From Leptolyngbyaceae cyanobacterium (lineage in GTDB: Bacteria > Cyanobacteriota > Cyanobacteriia > Phormidesmidales > Phormidesmidaceae), in contig CBDHHL010000048.1 of the NCBI GenBank assembly GCA_965263355.1, positions 64,001 through 128,000 of the forward strand: DNA of 64,000 nucleotides. The letters run 5' to 3'. How positions within the stretch are numbered: position 1 is the first letter of the stretch; each line of letters begins with the position of its first letter. Of this stretch, positions 20,152 to 30,899 are shown in pieces. The translations under genes were made by a program, and so were the position numbers. The notes below the pieces were generated by a model that saw only the letters and a program-made list of their open reading frames with translations, was not told the DNA's origin and did not search any database.

Positions 20152-21522
20152 CTACTCTTCCTCAGCATTCACATCTACAGCATCACTATCCTCTGCTTGA
20201 TTAAGAGTCCCTTCAGCTACTAATTCAACAGTTGCATTTGCTGATAACCAAGTCAGGATCTTTTCCTTAAGCAGATCTTCGTTAACCACTTGTTTCAGAC
20301 GATCTTGATCAATTTTGCTAGGGTCATCAACTTCAGCCATCATCTCTTTAATACGAACCACGACAGCCTCTTCTTCAACGCTAATAGACTCCTGATTTGC
20401 TACTTCTCCCAAAGCCAGGGTACGCCGCAGTCGCTCAATAGCCTCAGGTTTGGCATTTTCACGCATATTCTCAACCAACTCTTTGGTCAAAAACTTATTT
20501 ATATCAATGCCTTGATTAGACAGCTGCATAACTGTTTGAGTGACAATATGGTCAACTTCACGCTGTAACAAGGTTTTAGGGATTTCTACTTGTAAATGAG
20601 TAACTAGCTCATCTAAAAGGGCCTTCTCTATATTCGCCTGGGTCGCATCTTCTGCCTCATGCTTAAAGCGAGCTTCCAAGGACTGCTTTAATTCCTCTAG
20701 AGTTTCAAATTCACTGACTTCCTGAGCTAAATCATCATCCAGAGCAGGCAGTTCTCGCTCCTTCAAATCATTTAAGGTGATTTTAAAGACAGCTGCTTTA
20801 CCGGCCAAGTCTGCTTGAGGATATTCATCCGGAAACGTAATATCTACGTCCTTGGTTTGACCTAGCTCCATACCAACCATGCCTTCGACGAATCCTGGAA
20901 TAAATCGACCTTCCTTAATTTCAACTTGAAATTCGCTTGCACTACCTCCTTCAAATTCTTCAGGCTCCTCGCCATCCTTGAGAATTTTGCCAACGAAGTC
21001 AATTACGGCGACATCTCCCTCTTGTGCTGCTCGATCCTCAATCGGCACTAGGCTAGCTAAATTTTGCTGATAACTTGCCAAAGTTTCAGCAATCCGCTCA
21101 GCATTGAAAACGACTTCTTCTGCCTGAATAGATAACCCCTTATATTGCTTAAGTTCGGATTGAGGAGGAACATCCACCGATGCTGAAATAGTTAGAACTT
21201 TACCTGGTTCGAACTGCTCAACTAAGGATTCAAAACCAGAGCGTAACTGATAGTTGCCCAAGGCCTCAATTTTTTCTTGGGCAATAGCCTTATCAATAAC
21301 AGTTTGTAAAAGCTCCTCAAGGGCTGCGACTTTAAGCCTAGTTGCTCCTAACTGCTGGACCAGAATCTGCCGTGGCACTTTACCTTTCCGAAACCCAGGA
21401 ATGTTTGCCGTCTTCATAAATTTGCGCAGCGTTTGCTCATAGGTTTGCTTAGACATATCTGCAGGAACTTCGATTTCTAAGCCAACCTGGCTATCGGGTA
21501 ATTTTTCCTGGGTAACTTTCAT
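20152..21522 (-). CDS. tig: Trigger factor
   Basis: PGFRKGKVP ribosome-binding signature, FKBP-type domain. Confidence 0.95.
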   Translation of the reverse strand: MKVTQEKLPDSQVGLEIEVPADMSKQTYEQTLRKFMKTANIPGFRKGKVPRQILVQQLGATRLKVAALEELLQTVIDKAIAQEKIEALGNYQLRSGFESLVEQFEPGKVLTISASVDVPPQSELKQYKGLSIQAEEVVFNAERIAETLASYQQNLASLVPIEDRAAQEGDVAVIDFVGKILKDGEEPEEFEGGSASEFQVEIKEGRFIPGFVEGMVGMELGQTKDVDITFPDEYPQADLAGKAAVFKITLNDLKERELPALDDDLAQEVSEFETLEELKQSLEARFKHEAEDATQANIEKALLDELVTHLQVEIPKTLLQREVDHIVTQTVMQLSNQGIDINKFLTKELVENMRENAKPEAIERLRRTLALGEVANQESISVEEEAVVVRIKEMMAEVDDPSKIDQDRLKQVVNEDLLKEKILTWLSANATVELVAEGTLNQAEDSDAVDVNAEEE

Positions 21523-22530
21523 TGGGGATTTATGTTCTAGTTGATTGTTTGTGCAGACTTATCGCAAATCACTTGAATGCAAAGAATGCAAAGTTCTACT
21601 TCCCCATTGTTTAAGGGACAGCATGGCTACATTTTAGTAGGTGCTTAACTAAACACCAGAAGCTTTATGCTTGGAACATAAGCTGCAAACGCAGTTAGCT
21701 ATATTACCTGATTATTCCCATTTAGAACTGCAGAAGTCTAAAAGTAAGCGTTTGGCCATTTTTTTGCTTAGCCGTACAGGGCAAGCATGGGCAAAATGCG
21801 AATAAAATTTATTACGGTTTAGCCTTTCTGAAGAGGCATCACTCATTTATAACCCGAAGAATGTAGTACTATAATCAGATAACTATTACTTCAGCAAGGT
21901 CTTGCAGTTTTAATTTTGGGTCACCTGCGTATAGTAAGAGTGTGCTTGAAGAAGGTCGATTTTATGGCATCTGGAACTTTGGGTGCTAATTCTAGGTCAG
22001 TTGCCCTCAGTTAACAGTGTGTTGAAGATGGATTGATTTTCTGAGAAGGGGGTTAGCCTTTCTTTGCTAATAAAGGTTTGATTATTGGTAATTATTTATG
22101 CTTCCTGGTGATTGAAGAAACAAATTTGAACATGCAGTCGGCCTTGTGAAGTCAACTTAGAGACAAAATTTCTTTGACAGCATTACTTGCATTATTGCAA
22201 GAATGGCAATTGATAACTTTGGGGTTTCTTAGTATGGTCGTAATCGCTACATAAAAATAGATATGTTTTTTCTACAGATTTTTTTTACGGAAATTCGCTT
22301 CTGTTCCAGGCATTGGCATTAATTCAAGATTAATTGAGATCAGTCAGTCTTCTTAGCTGTTTCGCAGAGCCTTATTGATTTTATTTATGAATTGCCGCGT
22401 TCATACATTGCTAGTCTGAACGTTGCTTGAAGGCACCAAAACCAAAGTTTAAGCGGTCAACTGTTATTCTTTATAGATTTCATTTTTGATGTTTATGTTA
22501 CGAAGTTTGGAATAGAGGAGGTTAAGTCTT

Positions 22531-23565
22531 TTGCCTGAAGCATATCGTGTAGCGATTATGGGTGCAACAGGGGCCGTTGGCACCGAACTTCTAAAGCTTT
22601 TGGAAGAGCGTAATTTTCCTATTCAAGAGCTTTCTCTCTTTGCGTCTCCCCGTTCAGCAGGAAAGAAGTTATTGTTTCGGGGCGAGACAATTAAGGTGAA
22701 GGCTATCAGCGATGTAAATTTTACTGATATTGACCTTGTGCTGGCATCTGCAGGTAGTTCTATATCGAAAGAATGGGCACCAAAAGCCTCTGCAGCTGGT
22801 GCTGTGGTAGTTGATAACTCGAGCGCATTTCGAATGGAGTCTTCTGTTCCTTTAGTAGTGCCTGAGGTAAATCCTGAAGCCGCATTAAATCATCAAGGGA
22901 TCATTGCTAATCCCAACTGTACAACTATTTTGATGAGTGTCGCTCTATGGCCATTACACATATATCAACCAATTGAACGGATTGTAGTGTCTACTTATCA
23001 ATCTGCAAGCGGCGCTGGTGCACGGGCTATAGAAGAAGTCAAGCTGCAGGCTCAGGCAATTTTGCAGGGGCAAAAGCCATCGACTGAAGCATTTCCTTAC
23101 CCACTAGCTTTTAACTTGTTCCCACATAATTCTCCTTTGAATGAGCAGGGATATTGCCAGGAGGAAATGAAAATGGTTAATGAAACCCGCAAGATTTTTG
23201 GGGTTCCGAATCTTCGTGTCAGTGCAACCTGCGTGCGTGTACCAGTTTTACGAGCCCACTCAGAGGCTGTCAATATTGAATTCAAACAGCCCCTGGAAGC
23301 TGATAAAGCGCTGGCCTTGCTCAAGGTTGCCCCTGGTGTCAAAGTAGTCGAAGATTGGCAGGCAAACTATTTTCCAATGCCGATAGAAGCTAGCGGTCAA
23401 AATGATGTATTAGTTGGCCGAGTTCGTCGTGACTTGTCTCATGAGAACGGTTTAGAACTATGGCTCAGTGGTGATCAAATTCGCAAGGGAGCAGCCCTTA
23501 ATGCTATTCAAATTGCTGAGCTTTTAGTTAGTAAGCAAGCTTTACACTCCAAAGCTTTTGTCTAG
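22531..23565 (+). CDS. asd: Aspartate-semialdehyde dehydrogenase
   Basis: GATGAVG, DNSSAFR, NPNCTT, TCVRVPV; GAGGAGG upstream of TTG start. Confidence 0.95.
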   Translation: MPEAYRVAIMGATGAVGTELLKLLEERNFPIQELSLFASPRSAGKKLLFRGETIKVKAISDVNFTDIDLVLASAGSSISKEWAPKASAAGAVVVDNSSAFRMESSVPLVVPEVNPEAALNHQGIIANPNCTTILMSVALWPLHIYQPIERIVVSTYQSASGAGARAIEEVKLQAQAILQGQKPSTEAFPYPLAFNLFPHNSPLNEQGYCQEEMKMVNETRKIFGVPNLRVSATCVRVPVLRAHSEAVNIEFKQPLEADKALALLKVAPGVKVVEDWQANYFPMPIEASGQNDVLVGRVRRDLSHENGLELWLSGDQIRKGAALNAIQIAELLVSKQALHSKAFV

Positions 23566-23769
23566 CCTTAGTAGCCTCTGAGTCTTCTAAGGCTAACGAT
23601 TAAACTGTTTATAGCTGAGGGCAATTAAACCGTTAATTTGCTGCTGCAAAAATTCTTTTCATGAAAACCCCTGAAGGCCAGTGTCACAGCATGGTCCATA
23701 TTACATTTTTGAATTCAGGTGATTTTCAATTTTTTCAATATGGTTGTGATGTATTGAGGATAATAGAAC

Positions 23770-24669
23770 GTGACATATTTTGGACGAGTACTCACGGCGA
23801 TGATTACCCCATTTACTCCATCGGGGGCCGTTGATTATGAGTCTGCACGACATTTGGCATTCCATCTGGTTAGTCATGGTACTGATACCGTTGTTGTGTG
23901 TGGCACTACAGGAGAATCACCTACTCTCAGTTGGTCAGAGGAATATGAGCTGTTTCAAGTAGTCAAAGCGGCAGTTAGCGGTCATGGCAAGGTTGTCGCT
24001 GGGACCGGGTCTAACAGTACCAAGGAAGCTATCGAAGCAACTCAAAAAGCAGCAGAGTTAGGATTAGACGGTACACTACAAGTAGTGCCTTATTATAACA
24101 AGCCTCCCCAGGCTGGATTGCTAAAGCATTTTAGTGCGATCGCCACTTCTGTTCCCAGCCTCCCTTTAATGCTTTATAACGTGCCAGGACGTACAGGGCG
24201 TAACTTGGAAGCATCTACTGTAGCCAGATTGGCAGAAATTCCTAACATCATGGCTATCAAAGAAGCTAGTGGCGATTTAGATCAAGTAAGTGAAATTAGC
24301 CGTTTGACAGCACCCGGGTTTGCCATTTATTCAGGGGATGATTCTTTAACGCTACCCATGCTCTCAGTGGGCGCAGTAGGTGTGGTAAGTGTTGCTAGCC
24401 ACCTAGTAGGTAATTCGTTACAGAAAATGATTCAAGCTTATGAGGCTGGTCAGGTAGCAACAGCCAGGGACATTCATTTACAACTACTCCCCCTATGTAA
24501 AGCCCTATTTGCAACACCTAATCCAATTCTGATTAAAGCAGCATTACAACTTCAAGGATGGTCAGTAGGCACTTGCCGTTCACCGCTAAGTGAAGCCCCC
24601 ACAGAGTTCGTTGAAAAGATCCAAGCGTTAATGGCTGAGTTAAATATTTTGCCCACAGCGGTTGTATAA
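23770..24669 (+). CDS. dapA: 4-hydroxy-tetrahydrodipicolinate synthase
   Basis: GTTGE, YNVPGRT, IKEASG, SGDD; GAGGA upstream of GTG start. Confidence 0.95.
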   Translation: MTYFGRVLTAMITPFTPSGAVDYESARHLAFHLVSHGTDTVVVCGTTGESPTLSWSEEYELFQVVKAAVSGHGKVVAGTGSNSTKEAIEATQKAAELGLDGTLQVVPYYNKPPQAGLLKHFSAIATSVPSLPLMLYNVPGRTGRNLEASTVARLAEIPNIMAIKEASGDLDQVSEISRLTAPGFAIYSGDDSLTLPMLSVGAVGVVSVASHLVGNSLQKMIQAYEAGQVATARDIHLQLLPLCKALFATPNPILIKAALQLQGWSVGTCRSPLSEAPTEFVEKIQALMAELNILPTAVV

Positions 24670-24806
24670 GTTTTGAACTCATCTCGGCATTATCATAGCT
24701 CTACCCCAGGGACTAATTACCGCTTGAATCAGACTTGAGGCTCTACGGCAACCTCTTTAAACGTTTTTACAAAACCATACAATTCTTGACCTTTCATTAA
24801 GTACTT

Positions 24807-26678
24807 ATGCGCCAACGATCTAGAACAAGCCAACGATCTAGAACTGCTATAAAAGGTGGCACTCAGAATGAAAATCAGAAAGTTCGGAGCACATCTCCAA
24901 AATCTGCACCTAAAGCTATCAGCAAACTAGATAAAAGCACGCTTAAGATAATTCCTCTAGGTGGGCTTCATGAAATTGGCAAAAACACTTGTGTCTTTGA
25001 AATCAACGATGAAATTATCCTCCTAGACGCAGGCCTAGCTTTTCCATCCGATGAGATGCATGGCGTTAATATCGTCTTACCAGATGTAACTTACTTAAGA
25101 GAAAACCACCACAAAATTAAGGGAATGATTGTCACCCATGGTCATGAAGACCATATTGGTGGCATTGCCTTTCACCTTAAACAATTTGATATTCCTGTCA
25201 TCTACGGTCCTCGCCTAGCCATAGCACTACTGACTGACAAGCTTGAGGAAGCTGGTGTAGCAGAGCGTACAGAGCTACGCACAGTACTGCCTCGTGATAC
25301 CGTTAGTTTAGGGCAATCTTTTGTGGTGGAATACATACGCAACACCCACTCTATGGCCGATAGCTTTACAGTAGCCATTCGTACGTCAGCTGGTACTATT
25401 ATTCACACTGGTGATTTTAAGATTGACCATACCCCTGTAGATGGTGAGTACTTTGATCTAGCTCGCTTGGCAGCCTATGGAGAAGAAGGGGTATTGTGCT
25501 TAATTAGCGATTCTACAAATGCTGAAGTACCCGGTCATACTCCTTCTGAGCGCTCCGTTTTTCCAAACTTAGATCGAGCTTTTAGCGAGGCAGAAGGTCG
25601 TTTGATGGTAACCACCTTTGCTTCTTCAGTGCATCGAGTCAACATGCTATTAGAACTGGCACAAAAGCATAAACGCTCAGTATTTGTTGTGGGTCGCTCT
25701 ATGCTTAATGTCATTGCCCACGCTCGAAGTTTAGGCTATATCAAATGCCCAGACGATTTATTCAAACCCCTAAATACACTCAACAGCTGCCCTGATGAGA
25801 AAGCTATGATCCTGACTACAGGCTCTCAAGGTGAGCCCATGGCAGCCATGACAAGGATTGCCAATGGTTCTCATCGTCAAATTAAGATCCGGCCAGGTGA
25901 CACAGTTATTTTCTCAGCTAACCCGATCCCAGGTAACACCATTGCCGTTGTAGACACCATAGATAAATTAATGGCCCAGGGAGCCAATGTAATTTATGGC
26001 AAGCGTCGCGGGCTGCATGTATCTGGCCATGGTGCTCAAGAAGACCAAAAGCTCATGTTAGCGTTAACACGTCCGAAATATTTTCTACCTGTCCATGGAG
26101 AACATCGTATGCTGGTACAGCATGCAGCAACTGCTCAAAGCATGGGTGTCCCCGTCGAACACATGGTCGTCATCCAAAATGGTGACATTGTGACTGTTGA
26201 TGATGAACAAGGTATTCGCGTTGCCGGTAAGGTTTCATCAGGAATTGAACTGGTAGATTCGTCTCGGAATGGCATTGTTGGGCGCACAGTCCTTAAAGAA
26301 CGCCAGCAATTAGCAGAAGATGGCATCATTACCATATCTACGGTAATAGATACCAGTGGCAAATTGCTGGCCTCTCCCACAGTTCACTTGCGAGGTGTAG
26401 TCACAAAGCTATCTCAAACAGATTGGGATAAAAAAATTGACCAGGTGGTAGCAGCTGGGTTACGGAGTCGTTGGAATGAAGTCATTGATACTTCTGAGAA
26501 TCACATAATAGTGCGCTGGGATGGCTTAAGATCGCGCCTTGAAGAAGAGGTTCGCCATTTTGTGCGGCGTGAACTTCCTAAACGTTACCCGTTAATTATT
26601 TTTTTAATGCAACCCATCGACATTCAAACACCTTTGCAGTCAGCTGAATCTAGTAAAAAACGAGTTGTCACTGTTTAG
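24807..26678 (+). CDS. rnj: Ribonuclease J
   Basis: LGGLHEIGKN, THGHEDHIG, HTGDFK, HVSGH, PVHGE. Confidence 0.95.
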   Translation: MRQRSRTSQRSRTAIKGGTQNENQKVRSTSPKSAPKAISKLDKSTLKIIPLGGLHEIGKNTCVFEINDEIILLDAGLAFPSDEMHGVNIVLPDVTYLRENHHKIKGMIVTHGHEDHIGGIAFHLKQFDIPVIYGPRLAIALLTDKLEEAGVAERTELRTVLPRDTVSLGQSFVVEYIRNTHSMADSFTVAIRTSAGTIIHTGDFKIDHTPVDGEYFDLARLAAYGEEGVLCLISDSTNAEVPGHTPSERSVFPNLDRAFSEAEGRLMVTTFASSVHRVNMLLELAQKHKRSVFVVGRSMLNVIAHARSLGYIKCPDDLFKPLNTLNSCPDEKAMILTTGSQGEPMAAMTRIANGSHRQIKIRPGDTVIFSANPIPGNTIAVVDTIDKLMAQGANVIYGKRRGLHVSGHGAQEDQKLMLALTRPKYFLPVHGEHRMLVQHAATAQSMGVPVEHMVVIQNGDIVTVDDEQGIRVAGKVSSGIELVDSSRNGIVGRTVLKERQQLAEDGIITISTVIDTSGKLLASPTVHLRGVVTKLSQTDWDKKIDQVVAAGLRSRWNEVIDTSENHIIVRWDGLRSRLEEEVRHFVRRELPKRYPLIIFLMQPIDIQTPLQSAESSKKRVVTV

Positions 26679-26769
26679 GACTTCTGGGGCAATCAAGATG
26701 CTTAAGGATATAAATCATTAATATTTATTTTCCTTAAGCCCATTCAACAGAAAGCCAACAAAACCTCAG

Positions 26770-27025
26770 CCTCAATTATTTATCAGAAGCTCAAGTGAAG
26801 CTAGGCAAAAGAGACTGAAACGCTATAGAAACTTGCTCATAGCAAGATGCATTGCTCTAGTTGTGCCATGACAAAGTATTACTCGGAATTACCATTTTAT
26901 TCTTATCAGGCTCATCCATTAAGTGTTCATTTTCCAGAACTCGCTCTGAATTCAGATGCTGGGGTGCTGGTGGTGCGCCAGCGGAGAAAATTCTTGGCAT
27001 TTGTTATGGGCTAGCTGAGTGTTGA
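26770..27025 (+). mobile_element. IS1380-family remnant: putative left end plus frameshifted transposase N-terminus
   Basis: ATG 26868: MTKYYSELPF...LSVHFPELALNSDAGVLVVRQ, then shifted frame AEKILGICYGLAEC*, resembling the F-x4-L-S-S-D-A-G-LLL start of IS1380 transposases; CCTCAATTATT at 26770 is a possible terminal repeat. Confidence 0.6.
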
Positions 27026-27123
27026 GTATATTAGTGCAAGCTAAATTAGTCTTTGAAAGATATATGATCTGAAAAGTTTGAAAGAAAATTCTTAAATCCC
27101 TAGCCATATGAACAGGCGCAAGC

Positions 27124-27507
27124 TATAATCCATTGCAACTAGAGCTGCCGCAGGATAACTGCAGGGTTTATTAGCTGCAGTTCACCAATACTGAGTACTG
27201 ACTAGTCCCGCTTCTGTCAGAGCACTTGCGATTGCAACGTACTAGCGACGCTTACAGTCTGTCTGAGGCCCAGTACTCTAATCGGATTTATCTAAACGTC
27301 ACTTCTAACTGCTAAGCAGTGAAGTTTCTTTTTCCTGCGTTTTTTAGCCTGCCTATATATGGCCTTAACAGAGACCTGGCGACCTTAATCAAGGTGTCAA
27401 AGGTCTGGGTTTGAGTAGCTTTTTAGATTTGAAGGATTATCGTTGAGCTTACGTATGTCGGTTCCGGTGACTATGGGGCTGACTACATAGGTTTTTGAGG
27501 AAATTGG
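27124..27507 (+). promoter_or_regulatory. Putative rne promoter (-10 TATAAT) and long structured 5' UTR
   Basis: TATAAT at 27124-27129; stems 27157-27164/27175-27182 and 27193-27200/27271-27278; hairpin 27301-27325 followed by U-rich tract. Confidence 0.5.
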
Positions 27508-29556
27508 ATGCCTAAGCAGATCATTATTGCGGAGCAGCATCGAACTGCTGCCGTTTTTTCAGAAGACCAAATTCAAGAATTGATTGTGGCTACCGGTAGC
27601 CACCAGGTTGGAGACATTTACGTAGGTACCGTTGAAAACGTCCTTTCAGGAATTGATGCAGCTTTCGTCAATATTGGTGATAGTGAGCGGAATGGTTTTA
27701 TGCATGTGTCCGATTTAGGGCCACTAAAGCTAAAGCGAGCTCCTGGCCCTATTACTGAACTAGTTGCACCTAAACAAAAAGTTTTGGTGCAAATCATGAA
27801 GGAACCTACGGGTAATAAAGGTCCCAGATTAACTGGTAAAGTAACTTTGCCTGGCCGTTATTTAGTACTGATGCCCTATGGACGAGGTGTTAATCTATCT
27901 CGACGTATTCGCAATGAGGCTGAACGCCATCGACTACGCGCTTTAGGAATTTTAACTAAGCCACCAGGTATGGGTTTGTTGGTCAGAACCGAGGCTGAAA
28001 ATGTATCTGAAGAAGCCATCATTGAGGATTTAGAGGCGTTGCAAAAACGCTGGGAAATGATTCAACAAGAAGCCATGGCAACTAGACCACCAGCCTTGTT
28101 GAATCGTGATGATGACTTTATTCAACGGGTACTGCGAGATGTCTACAATGCTGATGTTAATCGTATTGTGACTGACTCAGACATTGGCATGCAGCGTGTT
28201 AAGCAGCACCTATCAAGTTGGAGCAATGGACGTTTGCCAGCTGGAGTACTTGTGGATCATCATCGAACTACTACGTCTCCGCCGATCTTAGAATACTTTC
28301 GCGTCAATGCGGCGATTCGTGAAGCACTGAAACCACGAGTCGATCTACCCTCAGGTGGCTATATCATTATTGAGCCTACCGAAGCTCTGACGGTAGTAGA
28401 TGTCAACTCAGGTTCATTTACCCGGTCAGCAACAGCACGGGAGACCGTACTCTGGACTAATTGTGAAGCAGCTGTGGAAATTGCACGCCAGCTCCGTTTA
28501 CGGAATATTGCTGGGGTAATTGTTGTCGATTTTATCGATATGGAATCTCGGCGTGACCAGATGCAGGTTTTGGAGCATTTTAGTAAGGCATTACAAGCTG
28601 ACAAGGCACGTCCTCAAATTTCTCAACTTTCTGAGTTAGGTCTGGTGGAACTCACTCGTAAGCGGCAAGGTCAAAATATATACGAGTTATTTGGCTGTCC
28701 TTGTAATGCTTGTGGTGGATTAGGACATCTTGCTCAGTTACCGGGTGAAGCACCCGTAGAAGTTCAGCAATCGGCAGTGGCTAGCCGTGTTGTACCCATA
28801 CCTAGTGTACGGATAACGCGCCAAGAAAGCCCAGATGGTTTGGAGCCTGACCAAAATCTGAAATCTCTTGATCTGATTAATCATCCTGACTACCAGGATA
28901 AAGGCAATGGTCGCAATCGTCGGCGTCGGCGTCGGGGTAGTGATGCTCCAAGTACTCGTGGTCGAGCGGCGGCAGCTCCACCTAAGTTGGCAAACAATAG
29001 CAATAATGTCGGCTCTATTATGGGCACTTCACCTATCTTGGCCCCTAACGGAGAAAACTCACGTGATGACATACAGACAGAGGCAATATCTGCTCGTGGC
29101 AAACGCTCTCGTAGTAGTCGTAGCCGTAAACCAGAAACACCTCCTCAGGTGGTAACTGTGGCACTAACACCAGATGAACAACGTATTTATGCCGAGATGG
29201 GCGTTTCTCCTCTAGTACTTAGTCAAGAGGCCATTAAAGATACGAAGAATGTGGTAGTTTCTGTCATTTTACCTGGTGCAGTACCGCCAAGTATAGATGG
29301 CAATACAGATGAAACGGCTGAACAGCCAACGTTTGATAGTAGTCTAGCCTTAGATTTAAGTAATCATGAAGAACACTCTGAGATAGCTGCTCCTGAAATA
29401 ACGATTGCCACAGCTAATCAGGCCGATAAATCTGATGTTGCTTTAATTGGTGTTGACATCACCCAACAGAAATCATCGGAACCATTAGAATCGTCGGAAG
29501 AAGCTCCTCCGACTCGTCGCCGTCGTCGCCGCCGCTCATCTGCAACAGCGGGTTAA
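27508..29556 (+). CDS. rne: Ribonuclease E (cyanobacterial Rne/Rng)
   Basis: S1 domain, VDVNSG, VDFIDM, CxxC zinc link, C-terminal RRRRRRSSA motif. Confidence 0.95.
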   Translation: MPKQIIIAEQHRTAAVFSEDQIQELIVATGSHQVGDIYVGTVENVLSGIDAAFVNIGDSERNGFMHVSDLGPLKLKRAPGPITELVAPKQKVLVQIMKEPTGNKGPRLTGKVTLPGRYLVLMPYGRGVNLSRRIRNEAERHRLRALGILTKPPGMGLLVRTEAENVSEEAIIEDLEALQKRWEMIQQEAMATRPPALLNRDDDFIQRVLRDVYNADVNRIVTDSDIGMQRVKQHLSSWSNGRLPAGVLVDHHRTTTSPPILEYFRVNAAIREALKPRVDLPSGGYIIIEPTEALTVVDVNSGSFTRSATARETVLWTNCEAAVEIARQLRLRNIAGVIVVDFIDMESRRDQMQVLEHFSKALQADKARPQISQLSELGLVELTRKRQGQNIYELFGCPCNACGGLGHLAQLPGEAPVEVQQSAVASRVVPIPSVRITRQESPDGLEPDQNLKSLDLINHPDYQDKGNGRNRRRRRRGSDAPSTRGRAAAAPPKLANNSNNVGSIMGTSPILAPNGENSRDDIQTEAISARGKRSRSSRSRKPETPPQVVTVALTPDEQRIYAEMGVSPLVLSQEAIKDTKNVVVSVILPGAVPPSIDGNTDETAEQPTFDSSLALDLSNHEEHSEIAAPEITIATANQADKSDVALIGVDITQQKSSEPLESSEEAPPTRRRRRRRSSATAG

Positions 29557-29560
29557 GTAA

Positions 29561-30142
29561 ATGACAGTTGCTGGAGTCGATGAAGTTGGGCGTGGTGCTT
29601 TATTTGGACCTGTAGTTGCTGCAGCAGTAATATTAAAGCCTAATTTAGAGTTATGGTTGCAATCTCAAGGGGTCACAGACAGTAAAGCCCTTACCCCTGA
29701 AAAACGTGAAAGTTTAGTATCCATTATTCAATCAGCATCTGTTGATACCCAAATAAGCTGGGTATCAGTTCATCAGATTGATCGGATAAATATATTGCAA
29801 GCCTCATTACAGGCAATGCGACAAGCAATTAGTCGTTTATCACCCCAACCGACTAAATGTTTAGTGGATGGCAACCAAACCATTCCTAGGCTAAATATCA
29901 AACAACAGACAGTAATTAAAGGAGATTGCTCAGTTGTTGAGATCGCAGCCGCTAGTATACTAGCCAAAGTATGGCGAGACACACTTATGATTCGGGTAGA
30001 AAAACGCTATCCAGGCTATGACCTTGCGTCTAATAAAGGTTATGGTAGCCCTAAACATCTAACAGGGCTAAGAACATTAGGTCCAACACGCTACCATCGA
30101 CGCTCCTTCAAGAGCTGTCAGAAACAGTCTTTATTAAAGTGA
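29561..30142 (+). CDS. rnhB: Ribonuclease HII
   Basis: GVDEVGRG, DSK, VDGN, AASILAKV; directly after rne. Confidence 0.95.
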   Translation: MTVAGVDEVGRGALFGPVVAAAVILKPNLELWLQSQGVTDSKALTPEKRESLVSIIQSASVDTQISWVSVHQIDRINILQASLQAMRQAISRLSPQPTKCLVDGNQTIPRLNIKQQTVIKGDCSVVEIAAASILAKVWRDTLMIRVEKRYPGYDLASNKGYGSPKHLTGLRTLGPTRYHRRSFKSCQKQSLLK

Positions 30143-30174
30143 TTTCAATTGATTGATTACAGAACCCATCGTAA

Positions 30175-30717
30175 CTATCGCAGTTGAGACGAGGCTAAAA
30201 CACCTGTAGTCCATCCACGATATTCATGGACCAGTCGGCGCTGTAAGCGCTGCTTAATAGTATTCAAAATACCATTTGCAATAGCATTCCCCGTTGACTC
30301 TAGTAATGGCTTAGGTGTGAGCCTAAATGCGGTTGGTAAATCAATATGAATATCTAGCTCAGCATTACCAAACACTCCAGAATTATCTGCTCGAGCCGCC
30401 AACCACCCCTGAAGCTTAAATGAGAAGCGTCGATTAAGTAACGCTTGATGCCGTAATCTGCAAGAATCCGAATAAATGATGATCTCACCACTATCATTAG
30501 GATATATCTGCACATCAGCTACCGGCTCCAGCGTCAACATCAAAAATTTAATCGGACGCATACTAAACTGGAATGTATGACGTCCCATAACCCTTATCTG
30601 ACTGGGCTCCGCAAGAGAATATACCAAACGTTCAGTATTACTCAAATACTGATAAATAGGCACAGGTGCGGGCGATATGGCAATTTCTACAGACTGCGAC
30701 GCATTTAAATGAACCAT
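30175..30717 (-). CDS. DUF1997 family protein
   Basis: Recognisable pattern (YL..ERLV, MRPIKF, P..LLESTGN, IKQRL..LV.EY..W); usual neighbour of rnhB and pheA. Confidence 0.72.
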   Translation of the reverse strand: MVHLNASQSVEIAISPAPVPIYQYLSNTERLVYSLAEPSQIRVMGRHTFQFSMRPIKFLMLTLEPVADVQIYPNDSGEIIIYSDSCRLRHQALLNRRFSFKLQGWLAARADNSGVFGNAELDIHIDLPTAFRLTPKPLLESTGNAIANGILNTIKQRLQRRLVHEYRGWTTGVLASSQLR

Positions 30718-30899
30718 TCAGCCAATTTCACCTCAGCACCATACATAAAATGCCCACGACATAAACAGCTTTTCAAAATCCATCCTTTTGGACAGCATAT
30801 CCTTAAGAAATAGTCAGTCTAAAAGGCATTACGCTAACTTTAACACCTTTGTTTCTGTGCTCCCTAAAGATTTCTTCATACATTATTTTTTATCTCCAA

